DNA of 48,262 nucleotides, from positions 1-48,262 of the forward strand of contig CALLPT010000100.1 of NCBI GenBank assembly GCA_938015575.1, read 5' to 3'. The translations under genes were made by a program, and so were the position numbers. Positions within the stretch are counted from its first letter, which is position 1, and the number at the start of each line of letters is the position of its first letter. Positions 23,914-33,227 of the stretch are shown here, piece after piece. The notes beneath the pieces are model-generated. The model saw only the letters and a program-made list of their open reading frames with translations, made no database searches and was not told the DNA's origin. The DNA comes from an uncultured Acidimicrobiales bacterium. GTDB lineage: Bacteria > Actinomycetota > Acidimicrobiia > Acidimicrobiales > UBA10347.

Positions 23914-26430
23914 TCAAGCGTTTGGGGAGGCTCCGAGACGCTGGCGAAGATCGGCGATTGTGGCCTCGAGGGACGCTTCGCGCTCGGCTGCGGTCTGTTC
24001 GAGCGCAAGGAGCCGCTGCTGCAAAATGGCGAGCTCCCTGCGTTGCGTGGCCTCGATCTCGTCGCGGATTTCGCTGTCTCCCTGACGTGCCCAGTCGGCC
24101 GCCGACGCCGCCGAAGCGGACTCGCGCAACAAGTTTCGCACGACCTCGTTGGTGCGTTGGCGCTCATTGGCAAGACGCTGCTCGGTGCGGTTCAGCAAGT
24201 CGGTGAGTTCTTCGTTGCGGCGAACCAGTTGGCGTTGCTCCTCGCTCGCGAGCCGCTCAGCCTGGGCATGGGCAAGCTGCGCCTGCTCGACGCGACGATC
24301 CGAGTCCGCAACTTCGCCTTCGAGTTCGGCGACTCGGCGATGCGAGGACCGAGCGTCCTCGAGGGCTGCCTCGAGGTGGTCGCGAAGCTCATCGACCTCG
24401 GTTGAGCGTTGGCGCTGCAACTCAGCCTGTGTGCGCTCCTCGATCTTTGCTACCCGCTCGGCGTAGCTGTGGCGAGCCTCGTTGAGCCGCTGTTCGTAGC
24501 TCTGGTGCGCGGCATCGAGCGCTAGCTGATGATCAGCCTCGAGCTCGGTGATGACGGCCTCTGCCTCGTTCCGTTGCGTGGTGAGGAAGTTGCGGTTCGT
24601 CTGGGCGAGCTGGTTCAGCGTCTCTCGATGCTCGCGATGTGTGCGATCCAGCTCCTCTTGGTTCTCCAGTCGGGTCGCGGCAATCGCCGTGCTGTGGGAG
24701 ACACGCTCGTCGTCGAGCGTGCGCTGGTAGCGCTCAATCTCGCTGCGAAGAAAGTCGACTTCGCTGGAGAGGTCTTCGTTCGCGGCCGCTCGTTGCCCGG
24801 CCTCGGCCTTGGCGTTTCGCTGCGCTCGTTCCAGCTGGTCCTGTGCGGCGTGCAGCGAGGTTTCGAGCTCACTCACTCGATCCTCGAGCTGAGATCGAGC
24901 CTGATCGCGGCGGTCACGCAACCGTTCAATCTCGGCATGTGCTCGATCGAGGTCGGTCTCGAGCCGCTCGAGAGAGGATTCATGGTCGGCGATCAGCGCG
25001 GCGCGCTCATCGAGGTGGCGGGAGCGCTCGTCGTCGATACGGCGCTGGTAGTTCGCGACCTCGTCTCCGAGGAAGGCGATCTGGGCCACGAGTTCACCGT
25101 CATCGACTATCGGTTGGGCCGCCGCTTGGCCGGGCTGCGTCGACGTCACCAGGTCGAGATCTTCTTCGAATTGGTCTTCGTCGACCGCGAACCGATCGAT
25201 CAACGGGTCCAGATTCGCACTGGTTCGGTCGACGAGGTCGCGGAACCCACGACTCGCGCCCTCGGGCACAAGCGGTTCGTCAAGGTCGACGTCGCCGACG
25301 CTGGTGCCCTCGTCCGGGCTCTCGCTGGTCACCAGGTCGGCCGCTGGCACCACGCCCGGATCGGGAGTGTCGGCGGCTCCGATCTCCGCGTCGTCGATCT
25401 CGGCATCCTCGGTCTCAGGATCCTCGATCTCAGCGTCGGTGATGTCGGTGATGTCATCGCGGCGATCGTCGTCAACTTGGCTGTCGTCGGTCGCGGCGAG
25501 AGTTGGCTCCGGTTGGTCGGTCATGTCGCCAGGCGCCGCGGGCGCCGTTTCGTTATCGCTCGCCCTGGCCCCGTGGGTGTCAGCCTTGGACCCATGGTCG
25601 GGTTCATCGCTGCGACTGGGTGTGCCGGGAATCGTGATGGGGGACGGCTTGTCGTCGGCCCAGAGTGGTTCTGCAACGGTGTAGTCCAAGTCGGTGGTGA
25701 CCGGAGTGTTTGGCGGCGTCTTGGTGCTGGGGTCTGCGGCATCTTGAAAGGATCTCGGTCGTGGGCGGGGCGATCCGGCGTTGATGTCGGCGGTCGCCGT
25801 GCCCGCTTCAGCCTCGGCGTCGGATGGCTCAGTGATACTCGAGGGTTGGGTCGGGGCGGCCTTGCTCGACGTGTCTTCAGCCGTCCAATTGGGCAGATAC
25901 TCGACCGATTCGTCGCGGCGAGCAGGGCGCAGACCCGCTTGCATGACCAAGCCGAGCAGTGCGCCCGCGCCGACGCCGAGGAGCGCGTTCTGGAGCCGCC
26001 GAGGCGACGACGGGCTCGCCGGGGCGGTCGCCGGGACCGACAGGGTGACGGCGTCATCGGCTACCGAGTCGACGAATGCGGTTGCGGCACCGTTTGCGGT
26101 CCGGGCTGCGAGTTCAGGGTCGCCGCCACGGCCGAGAAACTCGATGCCGTCGGCCAGGGCGACAATCTCAAGTTGTTGCCCATCGGCTCCCGAGAAGCTG
26201 GTTTGGCCGGTTGCCGAAAGCAGCGTTGTGGCATCGAGTCGACCAGGCAAGCTGACGTTGGCGCTGGCCTCGTACCGCACCGCCATGGCCGAAGAAACAA
26301 GAACGGCGACGGCGGCGCCAAGACCCATCAGCACGATCACCAAGCTGGCGCGCGCCAACAAGCGCCGAGGTCGGCGCGGTGTCTCGGGCGCGTCGTCGCG
26401 TCCGCTGGTCTGCTCCTCCCTGAGATCCAC
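23914..26430 (-). CDS. Membrane-anchored coiled-coil protein: Wzz/CpsC-like two-TM hairpin, highly acidic disordered linker and about 400-aa coiled coil (paralog 1 of a tandem pair)
   Basis: 838 aa. TM1 is ASLVIVLMGLGAAVAVLVSSAMAV, followed by RYEASANVSL. TM2 is ALLGVGAGALLGLVMQAGL. The acidic linker includes DDSQVDDDRRDDITDITDAEIEDPETEDAEIDDAEIG. The coiled-coil region has an internal duplication (FLGDEVANYQRRIDDERSRH vs FLRSEIERYQRTLDDERVSH). GTG start. Confidence 0.7.
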   Translation of the reverse strand: MDLREEQTSGRDDAPETPRRPRRLLARASLVIVLMGLGAAVAVLVSSAMAVRYEASANVSLPGRLDATTLLSATGQTSFSGADGQQLEIVALADGIEFLGRGGDPELAARTANGAATAFVDSVADDAVTLSVPATAPASPSSPRRLQNALLGVGAGALLGLVMQAGLRPARRDESVEYLPNWTAEDTSSKAAPTQPSSITEPSDAEAEAGTATADINAGSPRPRPRSFQDAADPSTKTPPNTPVTTDLDYTVAEPLWADDKPSPITIPGTPSRSDEPDHGSKADTHGARASDNETAPAAPGDMTDQPEPTLAATDDSQVDDDRRDDITDITDAEIEDPETEDAEIDDAEIGAADTPDPGVVPAADLVTSESPDEGTSVGDVDLDEPLVPEGASRGFRDLVDRTSANLDPLIDRFAVDEDQFEEDLDLVTSTQPGQAAAQPIVDDGELVAQIAFLGDEVANYQRRIDDERSRHLDERAALIADHESSLERLETDLDRAHAEIERLRDRRDQARSQLEDRVSELETSLHAAQDQLERAQRNAKAEAGQRAAANEDLSSEVDFLRSEIERYQRTLDDERVSHSTAIAATRLENQEELDRTHREHRETLNQLAQTNRNFLTTQRNEAEAVITELEADHQLALDAAHQSYEQRLNEARHSYAERVAKIEERTQAELQRQRSTEVDELRDHLEAALEDARSSHRRVAELEGEVADSDRRVEQAQLAHAQAERLASEEQRQLVRRNEELTDLLNRTEQRLANERQRTNEVVRNLLRESASAASAADWARQGDSEIRDEIEATQRRELAILQQRLLALEQTAAEREASLEATIADLRQRLGASPNA

Positions 26431-26515
26431 GGTGCAGGTGACGCTACTACTAGGCGAAGCCGGGCTTCGGGACGGTGGCTGGAGTCGGGCGCGGACCGGT
26501 CGGTAAGGTCACGGC

Positions 26516-27352
26516 ATGGCACGAACCATCGCTACCGGAACCGACCACCTCCTTGCCCGCGTCGAGGACCGGGTCGGGGTGATCACGATGAACCGGCCCG
26601 AACGACGCAACGCGTTGTCCCACGAGATGTATTCGGGGATCGACCTTGCATTGGCCGACATGCGCGATGACGACGAGGTTCGCTGCGTGATGGTGACCGG
26701 GGCGCAAGGGGCTTTCTGTGCCGGTGGCGATGTCAAAGCAATGAATGAATCGCACACCACCGGCACCGGCTTTCGCGCCGAGATGACGCCCGAGGACCGA
26801 TTGGCGGACCTCCAGCGACGCCAGCGTCAGGTGTCGCTCGCCATGCACGAATATCCGAAGCCCGTGGTGGCCGCGATTCCCGGGGCGGCCGCGGGAGCTG
26901 GCCTGTCCATCGCCTTGGCGGCCGACCTGCGCATCGCGTCGCCCGAGGCCTTGCTCGTGACCGCGTTTGCCAGCATCGGAGCGTCTGGTGACTTTGGCGG
27001 TTCGTGGTTCCTCACCCGCCTGGTCGGTGAATCCAAGGCGAAAGAGTTGTACTTCCGCTCGCCGAGGATGACCGCAGCCGAAGCCGCGGAGCTCGGGCTC
27101 GTCAATGAGGTCTTGGCCGGTGACGCTCCGTTCGAGCAGCAGGCGATGGAGTGGTGCATGGACATCGCGACGCGGGCACCGTTGGCGCTGCGAGCGATCA
27201 AGGAAAACATGAATCGTGCCTGGCTCGTCGACCTCGGTACGGCCCTCGATGCCGAGGCCGAGAACATGACATCGACGATGCGGACCAAGGACCACAAGGA
27301 AGCCGTCGCCGCCTTTGTCGAGAAGCGGACGGCGGTGTTCAAAGGCGAGTAA
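26516..27352 (+). CDS. Enoyl-CoA hydratase/isomerase (crotonase) family protein
   Basis: 278 aa. Motifs: VGVITMNRPERRNAL, GAFCAGGDVK, IPGAAAGAGLSIALAADLRIAS. These are the crotonase-fold oxyanion-hole motifs. Confidence 0.85.
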   Translation: MARTIATGTDHLLARVEDRVGVITMNRPERRNALSHEMYSGIDLALADMRDDDEVRCVMVTGAQGAFCAGGDVKAMNESHTTGTGFRAEMTPEDRLADLQRRQRQVSLAMHEYPKPVVAAIPGAAAGAGLSIALAADLRIASPEALLVTAFASIGASGDFGGSWFLTRLVGESKAKELYFRSPRMTAAEAAELGLVNEVLAGDAPFEQQAMEWCMDIATRAPLALRAIKENMNRAWLVDLGTALDAEAENMTSTMRTKDHKEAVAAFVEKRTAVFKGE

Positions 27353-27384
27353 CGCCGCTGGTGATCAGCGCGCCGGTCACCTGG

Positions 27385-30300
27385 TCAGCTGGCGTTCGTG
27401 CGCAGGTTGGTCGTCGCGTTCCAGTCGACGTCGCGGCGGTCGGTTGACAGCACGACGCCGTAGTCGTTCGCTGCGGCCTCGACCGACACCACGCCGTCGC
27501 GGACATCGCGTAGCACGGCCTCTGGATCGCGCTCGAACGGGTCGCCCCACCCGCCCCCGCCAGGCGTCCACGCGATCATGCGGGCCGGCCCGAGGCGCTG
27601 CACGCCGTACTTCGGAGGCTCGAACCGCTCGGCGTCAATGGGGTCGATCCACTCGCGCCCCACACCACCGTCGCCGCCCTTTTGCACGCCGTGTCCGCTG
27701 ACCGAGCCGAGCCCCTCGGCCCGAAACGACCAGATCGCAGGTTCGAGCACGTCGGCTTCGTACACGACGCCGGTTCCACCTCGATGGCTACCGGGACCGG
27801 CATTGTCGCAACGCTGCTCGTGACGCAGGTAGCGCACCGGGAACTGCTGCTCGTGGAACTCGAGGTTGGGGATGTCGAGGCCTCCCAAGCTGATCAGATG
27901 ACCCATCTGCGCGAACCCGTCTCGTTCGGCGGTCGCCCCCGGAGTGCCCATCGCATGCCAGTGATACATGACCCAGGTGGTGCCGTCGTCGCGCTTGCCG
28001 GCGACGTGCCCGTGCATCGTCTTGGACCATGCCGCACACGCCCGCTCGGGAAGGGCTTGGGCGAGGGCCTGCCAGACCGCGATCACGATCTCGTGGGCCA
28101 CATAGACCGTGTTCATCGTCATTGGTGCGGGCGCCAAGGCGTTCACAATGGACCCCTCGGGGGCGATGATCGTGACACCGCGATAGGTGCCTTCGTTCCG
28201 CGGGATCGACGTGTCGAAGAAGGACGAAATCGCGAGATAGGCCGACGAATAGGTGTTGGCCAGCGAGCTGTTCTTGAAACCCTCGATCTGCGGGTCGGTG
28301 CCGGTGAAGTCGAGCGTGAGCCGATCACCTTCGACGGTTGCCGCAACCCGGACCGCGATGTCGGTGGCAACAAAGCAGTCGTTGTCGGAATGGTCTTCGC
28401 CCAGGTAGGTGCCGTCGGGAAGTCCGGCGATCGCGGTGCGCATGCGGCGATCGGCGTGGTCGAGTACGCCGTCGAGGTAGCGAAGATAGGCGTCGTCGCC
28501 GAGCTCCTCGACCAGAGCCTGGACACGCTCACCGCCGATGCGGGTCGAACCGATCATGGCCAAGAGGTCGCCGTCGAGGAGCTCCGGTGTCCGGCAGTTG
28601 ATGAGGAGGAGCTCCCACAGATCGTCGCGGACTGTCCCACGCTCGATCAGTTTCAGGACCGGAAGCCGGATTCCTTCCTGCCAGATCTCGGTCGCTTGCG
28701 GGTTGTAGGTGCCGGCCAGACCGCCGCCAATGTCGTTCTGATGGGCACGGTTGCAGCAGAAGCCGGCCAAGAGGTCCCCAACGAAGATCGGGCGGGCAAT
28801 CACCCAGTCCGGCAGATGGTTACCGCCGGCAACGTAGGGGTCCGAGAGCAGGAACACGTCTTCGGGGTCAATGCGCCCTTGGAACCGGTTGAGTAGCGCC
28901 CGGACCGCGAACCCGCCGCCGCCGGTATGAATCGGAATGCCATCGGCATTGGCCACGAGTGTGCCGTCTGGGGTCGTGATGAAACAGCTGAAGTCGTGAC
29001 TCTGGCTGAAGATCGTGCTGCGAGCAGTTCTCGTCATCACCCAGCCCATGTGCCGGGTTATCTGGTCAAGCCGGTTCTGCATGAGCGCCAAGATGATGGG
29101 ATCGAGCCCGTCTTCCGCATGGCCCGAGTCGCCGTTAGCCATCGTGTGCCGTGTGGGCGCCAGATCGACGACGAAGTTCCCGCGCTGGTCGAGCAACAGC
29201 GTGTCGCCAGGCCGGACCACGACCGTCGTCGTCAACTCCTCGATGAGCGCGGGCCCGTTGATGCTCACTCCGGGCCCGAGCAGCTGGCCGTCGTAAATCG
29301 ACGTGTCGACCCAACCCTGGTTCGCGAAGTAGACGGGTCGGGTGGCAATCGGCACCACATCACCGTCGTGGTCCGGGGCTTCGACCGTGGCGACCCCGCC
29401 GGTCGAGCCCGACGCGGTGAGGCGCAACGATGCCACCATGATCGTGCCCTCGTGCTGGACATGGCCATAGAGGCGCTCGTACTCGGCCTCGAACGCCGCT
29501 CTCGCCTCGGCCACGTCGAGCCGTGCTTCGGGCAGAGCGACGCGCACGCTCCAGATCTGACCTGGATGGTGCAGCTCGAGCTCGTGGCGTAGCGCCACGT
29601 CGTCGGCGACAAACCCTTCGTGTTCCATCACCCGAAGTGCACGGGTCGCCATGTCGGCGAACGCGTCGTGCACGGTGGCCGGATCGATCTCATCGAGCGA
29701 CCCGATCAGGACCCGAGTGAAGTCCTGGCGAATGTCGGCGTGGAGCATGCCGATCGCACAGAGCGCGCCGGCATCGCGGGGGATGTAGACCCGCCGACAT
29801 CCCAAGCCGGCGCCGACCTGGGCCCCATGCATCGGGCCCGCCCCGCCGGCCGCGACCATCGTGAAACGCCGAGGGGAGTGCCCACGCTCGATCGAGATGT
29901 GCTCGACCGCGCTGAGCAGGTGCTGTTCGGTCAGCTCGACGATGCCGGCCGCAGCCTGTTCCACCGTCATGCCGAGTGGCTCGGACACGTGCACTCGAAT
30001 TGCCTCGGTCGCTGCGTCGAGATCGAGGTCGAGCGTGCCCCCGGCCGACTTCCCGGGGCGCAATCGACCGAGCACAAGATGCGCATCGGTGACCGTCGGG
30101 AGCGTGCCGCCGCGCCCGTAGCAAGCGGGTCCCGGGTCAGCCCCGGCGCCTTCGGGTCCTACGTAGAGCAGCCCAGCATCGTCGACGCCGGCAATGGTCC
30201 CGCCGCCAGCGCCGATGGTGTGGATATCGATGGCCGGGGTCGACACGTGGTAGCCGGCGATGCTCATGTCGTCACGTGTGGCAACGTCGCGATCCGACAT

Positions 30301-31287
30301 CAGCATCACGTCGCATGACGTGCCGCCGATCTCCATCGAGATGACGTTTCCTGGCTCGGTCTCGTCGTCCGTCGAGGGGTGGGCCGAGGCCCATGTGTCG
30401 ATCGATCTGCTGTACAAGTTGAGTGCACCGACCGCGGCGGCCGGTCCGCTGAGCAGAAGGTTGACCGGTCGGTCGGCGAGCTGGTCTACCGATGCAGCCC
30501 CGCCGTTCGATTGGATGAGCAGCAACGGATTGGTCAGGCCTCGCGCTTGCAGTTCCGCCTCGAGGGAGCGCAGGTAGCCGACGATGCCGGGCATGAGCGT
30601 TGCGTTGACGACGGCGGTCGAAGTCCGCTCGTACTCGCCCATGAGCGGTGACACCGTTGCCGACGCCGTCACCCAGTCGCTGACGCCGCTCGCGTGGATT
30701 GCGCGGACCACATCGGATTCGTGGGCATCGTTTGCGTAGCTGTTCATGAGCGCGACAGCAATCGCTTGAACCCCCTCGTCGCGGAACGAGTCGAGGATCT
30801 CGTCGAGCTCGCCGATGGCGATCGGTTGATGCACGCTGCCGTCGGCGTCGATGCGTTCGCCGATCCCGCGGCGGAGATAGCGGGGAACGAGCGGAGGCGA
30901 ATAGGGCGCTCGATGGTTCCATTGGTCTTCGCGCAGGCCCCGACGGATTTCGATGACGTCGCGAAAACCTTCGGTGCAAACAAGCCCGACCGGAGCGCCT
31001 TTGCCCTCGAGCATCGTGTTCGTTGCCACGGTCGAACCGTGGACAAAGAGCGTGCACGAGGCGAGCACCTGCGCCTCGGGGACGCCGAGCTCGACGGCGA
31101 TGCGCTCGACCGCGTCGAGCACACCGCGGCTCGGATCAGCCGTCACCGAGGGAACCTTGGCGACCCACGTTCTGCCGGTCGCGTCGGCGAGGACCAAGTC
31201 GGTGAAGGTGCCACCGACATCGACCCCAATACGCCACGGTGCCTGAGGGCCGGTCCCGGTAGGGAATGCTGCTCCATTGGTCGCCAT
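27385..31287 (-). CDS. Fused hydantoinase A / hydantoinase B (5-oxoprolinase-like, ATP-dependent lactamase family)
   Basis: Start at Met46 of the track ORF (MATNGAAF..., complement of 31285-31287), preceded by aagga. The N-terminus IGVDVGGTFTDLVL is the HyuA/oxoprolinase ATPase motif. The C-terminal half is HyuB-like (...DPIILALMQNRLDQI..., GGGGWGDPFERDPEAVLRDVRDGVVS). About 1300 aa, the size of single-chain oxoprolinases. Confidence 0.85.
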   Translation of the reverse strand: MATNGAAFPTGTGPQAPWRIGVDVGGTFTDLVLADATGRTWVAKVPSVTADPSRGVLDAVERIAVELGVPEAQVLASCTLFVHGSTVATNTMLEGKGAPVGLVCTEGFRDVIEIRRGLREDQWNHRAPYSPPLVPRYLRRGIGERIDADGSVHQPIAIGELDEILDSFRDEGVQAIAVALMNSYANDAHESDVVRAIHASGVSDWVTASATVSPLMGEYERTSTAVVNATLMPGIVGYLRSLEAELQARGLTNPLLLIQSNGGAASVDQLADRPVNLLLSGPAAAVGALNLYSRSIDTWASAHPSTDDETEPGNVISMEIGGTSCDVMLMSDRDVATRDDMSIAGYHVSTPAIDIHTIGAGGGTIAGVDDAGLLYVGPEGAGADPGPACYGRGGTLPTVTDAHLVLGRLRPGKSAGGTLDLDLDAATEAIRVHVSEPLGMTVEQAAAGIVELTEQHLLSAVEHISIERGHSPRRFTMVAAGGAGPMHGAQVGAGLGCRRVYIPRDAGALCAIGMLHADIRQDFTRVLIGSLDEIDPATVHDAFADMATRALRVMEHEGFVADDVALRHELELHHPGQIWSVRVALPEARLDVAEARAAFEAEYERLYGHVQHEGTIMVASLRLTASGSTGGVATVEAPDHDGDVVPIATRPVYFANQGWVDTSIYDGQLLGPGVSINGPALIEELTTTVVVRPGDTLLLDQRGNFVVDLAPTRHTMANGDSGHAEDGLDPIILALMQNRLDQITRHMGWVMTRTARSTIFSQSHDFSCFITTPDGTLVANADGIPIHTGGGGFAVRALLNRFQGRIDPEDVFLLSDPYVAGGNHLPDWVIARPIFVGDLLAGFCCNRAHQNDIGGGLAGTYNPQATEIWQEGIRLPVLKLIERGTVRDDLWELLLINCRTPELLDGDLLAMIGSTRIGGERVQALVEELGDDAYLRYLDGVLDHADRRMRTAIAGLPDGTYLGEDHSDNDCFVATDIAVRVAATVEGDRLTLDFTGTDPQIEGFKNSSLANTYSSAYLAISSFFDTSIPRNEGTYRGVTIIAPEGSIVNALAPAPMTMNTVYVAHEIVIAVWQALAQALPERACAAWSKTMHGHVAGKRDDGTTWVMYHWHAMGTPGATAERDGFAQMGHLISLGGLDIPNLEFHEQQFPVRYLRHEQRCDNAGPGSHRGGTGVVYEADVLEPAIWSFRAEGLGSVSGHGVQKGGDGGVGREWIDPIDAERFEPPKYGVQRLGPARMIAWTPGGGGWGDPFERDPEAVLRDVRDGVVSVEAAANDYGVVLSTDRRDVDWNATTNLRTNAS

Positions 31288-31446
31288 GGTGCGAATCCTT
31301 GTCTCGTCGGTGCATCGAACGTACCCAACCGTCTGCAGCCGGCCGGAATCCGTGCCGCTCCACCGTCGTGCTCTGGGTGGCCAACTCGGCTCCGGACTAC
31401 GGTCACGTCCGTCACCAGCCACATTCGCCGCCTATTGGAGACCGTG

Positions 31447-31887
31447 ATGACCGAGACCACCGGAAGCGCAAGCATCGACATCAACGCGAGCCCCGACGCC
31501 GTCTACGGCATCCTCACAGATCTGTCGCGCATCAGTGACTTGAGTCCCGAGTGCTACAAGGCGCAATGGGAAGGCGGTGCCACCGGACCCGCGGTCGGTG
31601 CGAGCTATCGCGGCTTCAATCGGGCCGGTGAGAACGAATGGGACGTCGCCGTCAACGTCGTCGAGGCGGAACCAGGACGCGCCTGGGCATTCGAAGTGCC
31701 ATCACCTGACGCGCCGACGCGGTGGAGCTACGCGATCGAGGCAACCGACTCGGGGTGCCGAGTCACCGAGTCGTTCGATGCACCCATCCTGGCCGAGGAA
31801 CGCTTCCAGCAAATGGGCCGCCATCAGATGCTGCTGGGCAACATCGAGACCACGCTGCAGAACCTCAAAGCTGTCGCTGAGTCCTGA
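31447..31887 (+). CDS. SRPBCC (START/polyketide cyclase-dehydrase-like) family protein
   Basis: The track ORF 30694-31887 is mostly antisense to the oxoprolinase gene. The real start is probably ATG 31447 (or GTG 31444): MTETTGSASIDINASPDAVYGILTDLSRISDLSPE..., a typical SRPBCC N-terminus. 146 aa. Confidence 0.7.
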   Translation: MTETTGSASIDINASPDAVYGILTDLSRISDLSPECYKAQWEGGATGPAVGASYRGFNRAGENEWDVAVNVVEAEPGRAWAFEVPSPDAPTRWSYAIEATDSGCRVTESFDAPILAEERFQQMGRHQMLLGNIETTLQNLKAVAES

Positions 31888-31892
31888 GTGCC

Positions 31893-33206
31893 ATGAGCTC
31901 GAGCAACGGCCGTTCCGCTGAACTGTTCGACCGGGCGCAGCGCTCGATCCCGGGTGGCGCGTCCCGGGCGACGGTGTTGACCGAACCCCACCCGGTCTAT
32001 GTCGCCGAAGGCAAGGGTGCCTGGATCACCGATGTCGAAGGGCGTCGCCTCCTCGACGTGAACAACAACTTCACGTCGATCATCTTGGGGCATGCCGACC
32101 CGGCGATCGACGGGGCCGTGCGTGCCCAGCTCGATCGCGGCACCGCATACTCGCTCGCGACGTCGGTCGAGATCGAGCTTGCGGAACTCATCTGCGAACG
32201 GGTGGCGACCATCGACCAGATCCGCTTCTGCAACTCGGGCACCGAAGCGGTCATGGGGGCAATCAAGGCCGCCCGGGCGTTCACCGGACGCCCGATGATC
32301 GTCAAAGTCGAAGGCAGCTACCACGGCACCTATGACCATGCCGAGGCGAGTCTCGATCCTGACCCATCCGAGTGGGGTGCGCCCGACGCCCCCGAGACCA
32401 TCGCGTACGCCGCGGGAACACCTGCTTCGCTGCGTGACGAGGTCGGCATCATTCCGTTCAACGATGCGGCCGCAGCCGAAACGGTGATCCGAGAAGCAGG
32501 GGAGCGCTGCGCCGCGGTATTGCTCGACGCGATGCCCAGCCGAGTCGGCATGCCACCGATCGATCCGGCGTTCGTCGACGCCATCGTGTCGACCGCCCGC
32601 GAGGTCGGGGCGCTCGTGATCCTCGACGAAGTCATCAGCTTCCGCCTCGGCTCGGCTGGGGCGCAAGCACTCGTAGGCATCGAGCCAGACCTCACCTGCC
32701 TCGCGAAAATCATCGGTGGTGGGTTTCCCGTCGGGGGTGTCGGCGGTCGGCGCGAGGTGATGTCGGTCTTCGCAAAGCAGGGCGGCGAGCGGGCCGCAGT
32801 GCCTTCGGGTGGCACGTTCACCGCAAACCCGATCACGATGACCGCAGGTCTCGCGTGCATGCAACAGCTCGACGACGCAGCCTTTGCCCGGCTCGATTCC
32901 ATCGGCGATCGGGCGCGATCCGGACTCCAAGCAGCCTTCGACAAGGCGGGCCTGGACTGGCAGATAACCGGGCGCGGATCCTTGTTTTGCGTACACCCGA
33001 ACCGCCGTCAGATCCGCACGTATCGAGATGCTCGGCATTCCAGCGACGAGGCGGCGACGATGATGCTGTTGCATCGACGGCTTCTCGACCGTCAGGTGTT
33101 CCTGAGCAGCTACGGGATGGGCTGTTGGAATCTCGCCTCCACCGATGCCGACGTCGACCTCTTCGTGACTGCCATTGCCACCACGGCTGCCGAGCTGACG
33201 GAGTAG
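31893..33206 (+). CDS. Class III (HemL-like) PLP-dependent aminotransferase/aminomutase paralog
   Basis: 437 aa. Motifs: FCNSGTEAVMGAIKAARAFTGR, EGSYHG, ILDEVISFR and the PLP-Lys motif LAKIIGGGFPVGG. The N-terminal IPGGASRATV deviates from the HemL GGVNSPVRAF, so I do not call it hemL. Confidence 0.85.
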   Translation: MSSSNGRSAELFDRAQRSIPGGASRATVLTEPHPVYVAEGKGAWITDVEGRRLLDVNNNFTSIILGHADPAIDGAVRAQLDRGTAYSLATSVEIELAELICERVATIDQIRFCNSGTEAVMGAIKAARAFTGRPMIVKVEGSYHGTYDHAEASLDPDPSEWGAPDAPETIAYAAGTPASLRDEVGIIPFNDAAAAETVIREAGERCAAVLLDAMPSRVGMPPIDPAFVDAIVSTAREVGALVILDEVISFRLGSAGAQALVGIEPDLTCLAKIIGGGFPVGGVGGRREVMSVFAKQGGERAAVPSGGTFTANPITMTAGLACMQQLDDAAFARLDSIGDRARSGLQAAFDKAGLDWQITGRGSLFCVHPNRRQIRTYRDARHSSDEAATMMLLHRRLLDRQVFLSSYGMGCWNLASTDADVDLFVTAIATTAAELTE

Positions 33207-33227
33207 CTCGCCGCGCGAGAGGGCGAC

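Noticed and set aside
24529-26670. 713-aa plus-strand ORF overlapping the coiled-coil gene and the crotonase start
   Set aside because: It is antisense to the 838-aa membrane/coiled-coil gene and runs out of frame into the crotonase gene. Its composition is Arg/Gly/Val-rich with no motifs. The minus-strand gene has coherent TM, linker and heptad architecture plus a paralog next door.
30694-31446. N-terminal 251-aa extension of the SRPBCC ORF (track start 30694)
   Set aside because: This part is antisense to the 5' end of the oxoprolinase-like gene and has junk composition. The recognisable SRPBCC domain begins at ATG 31447.
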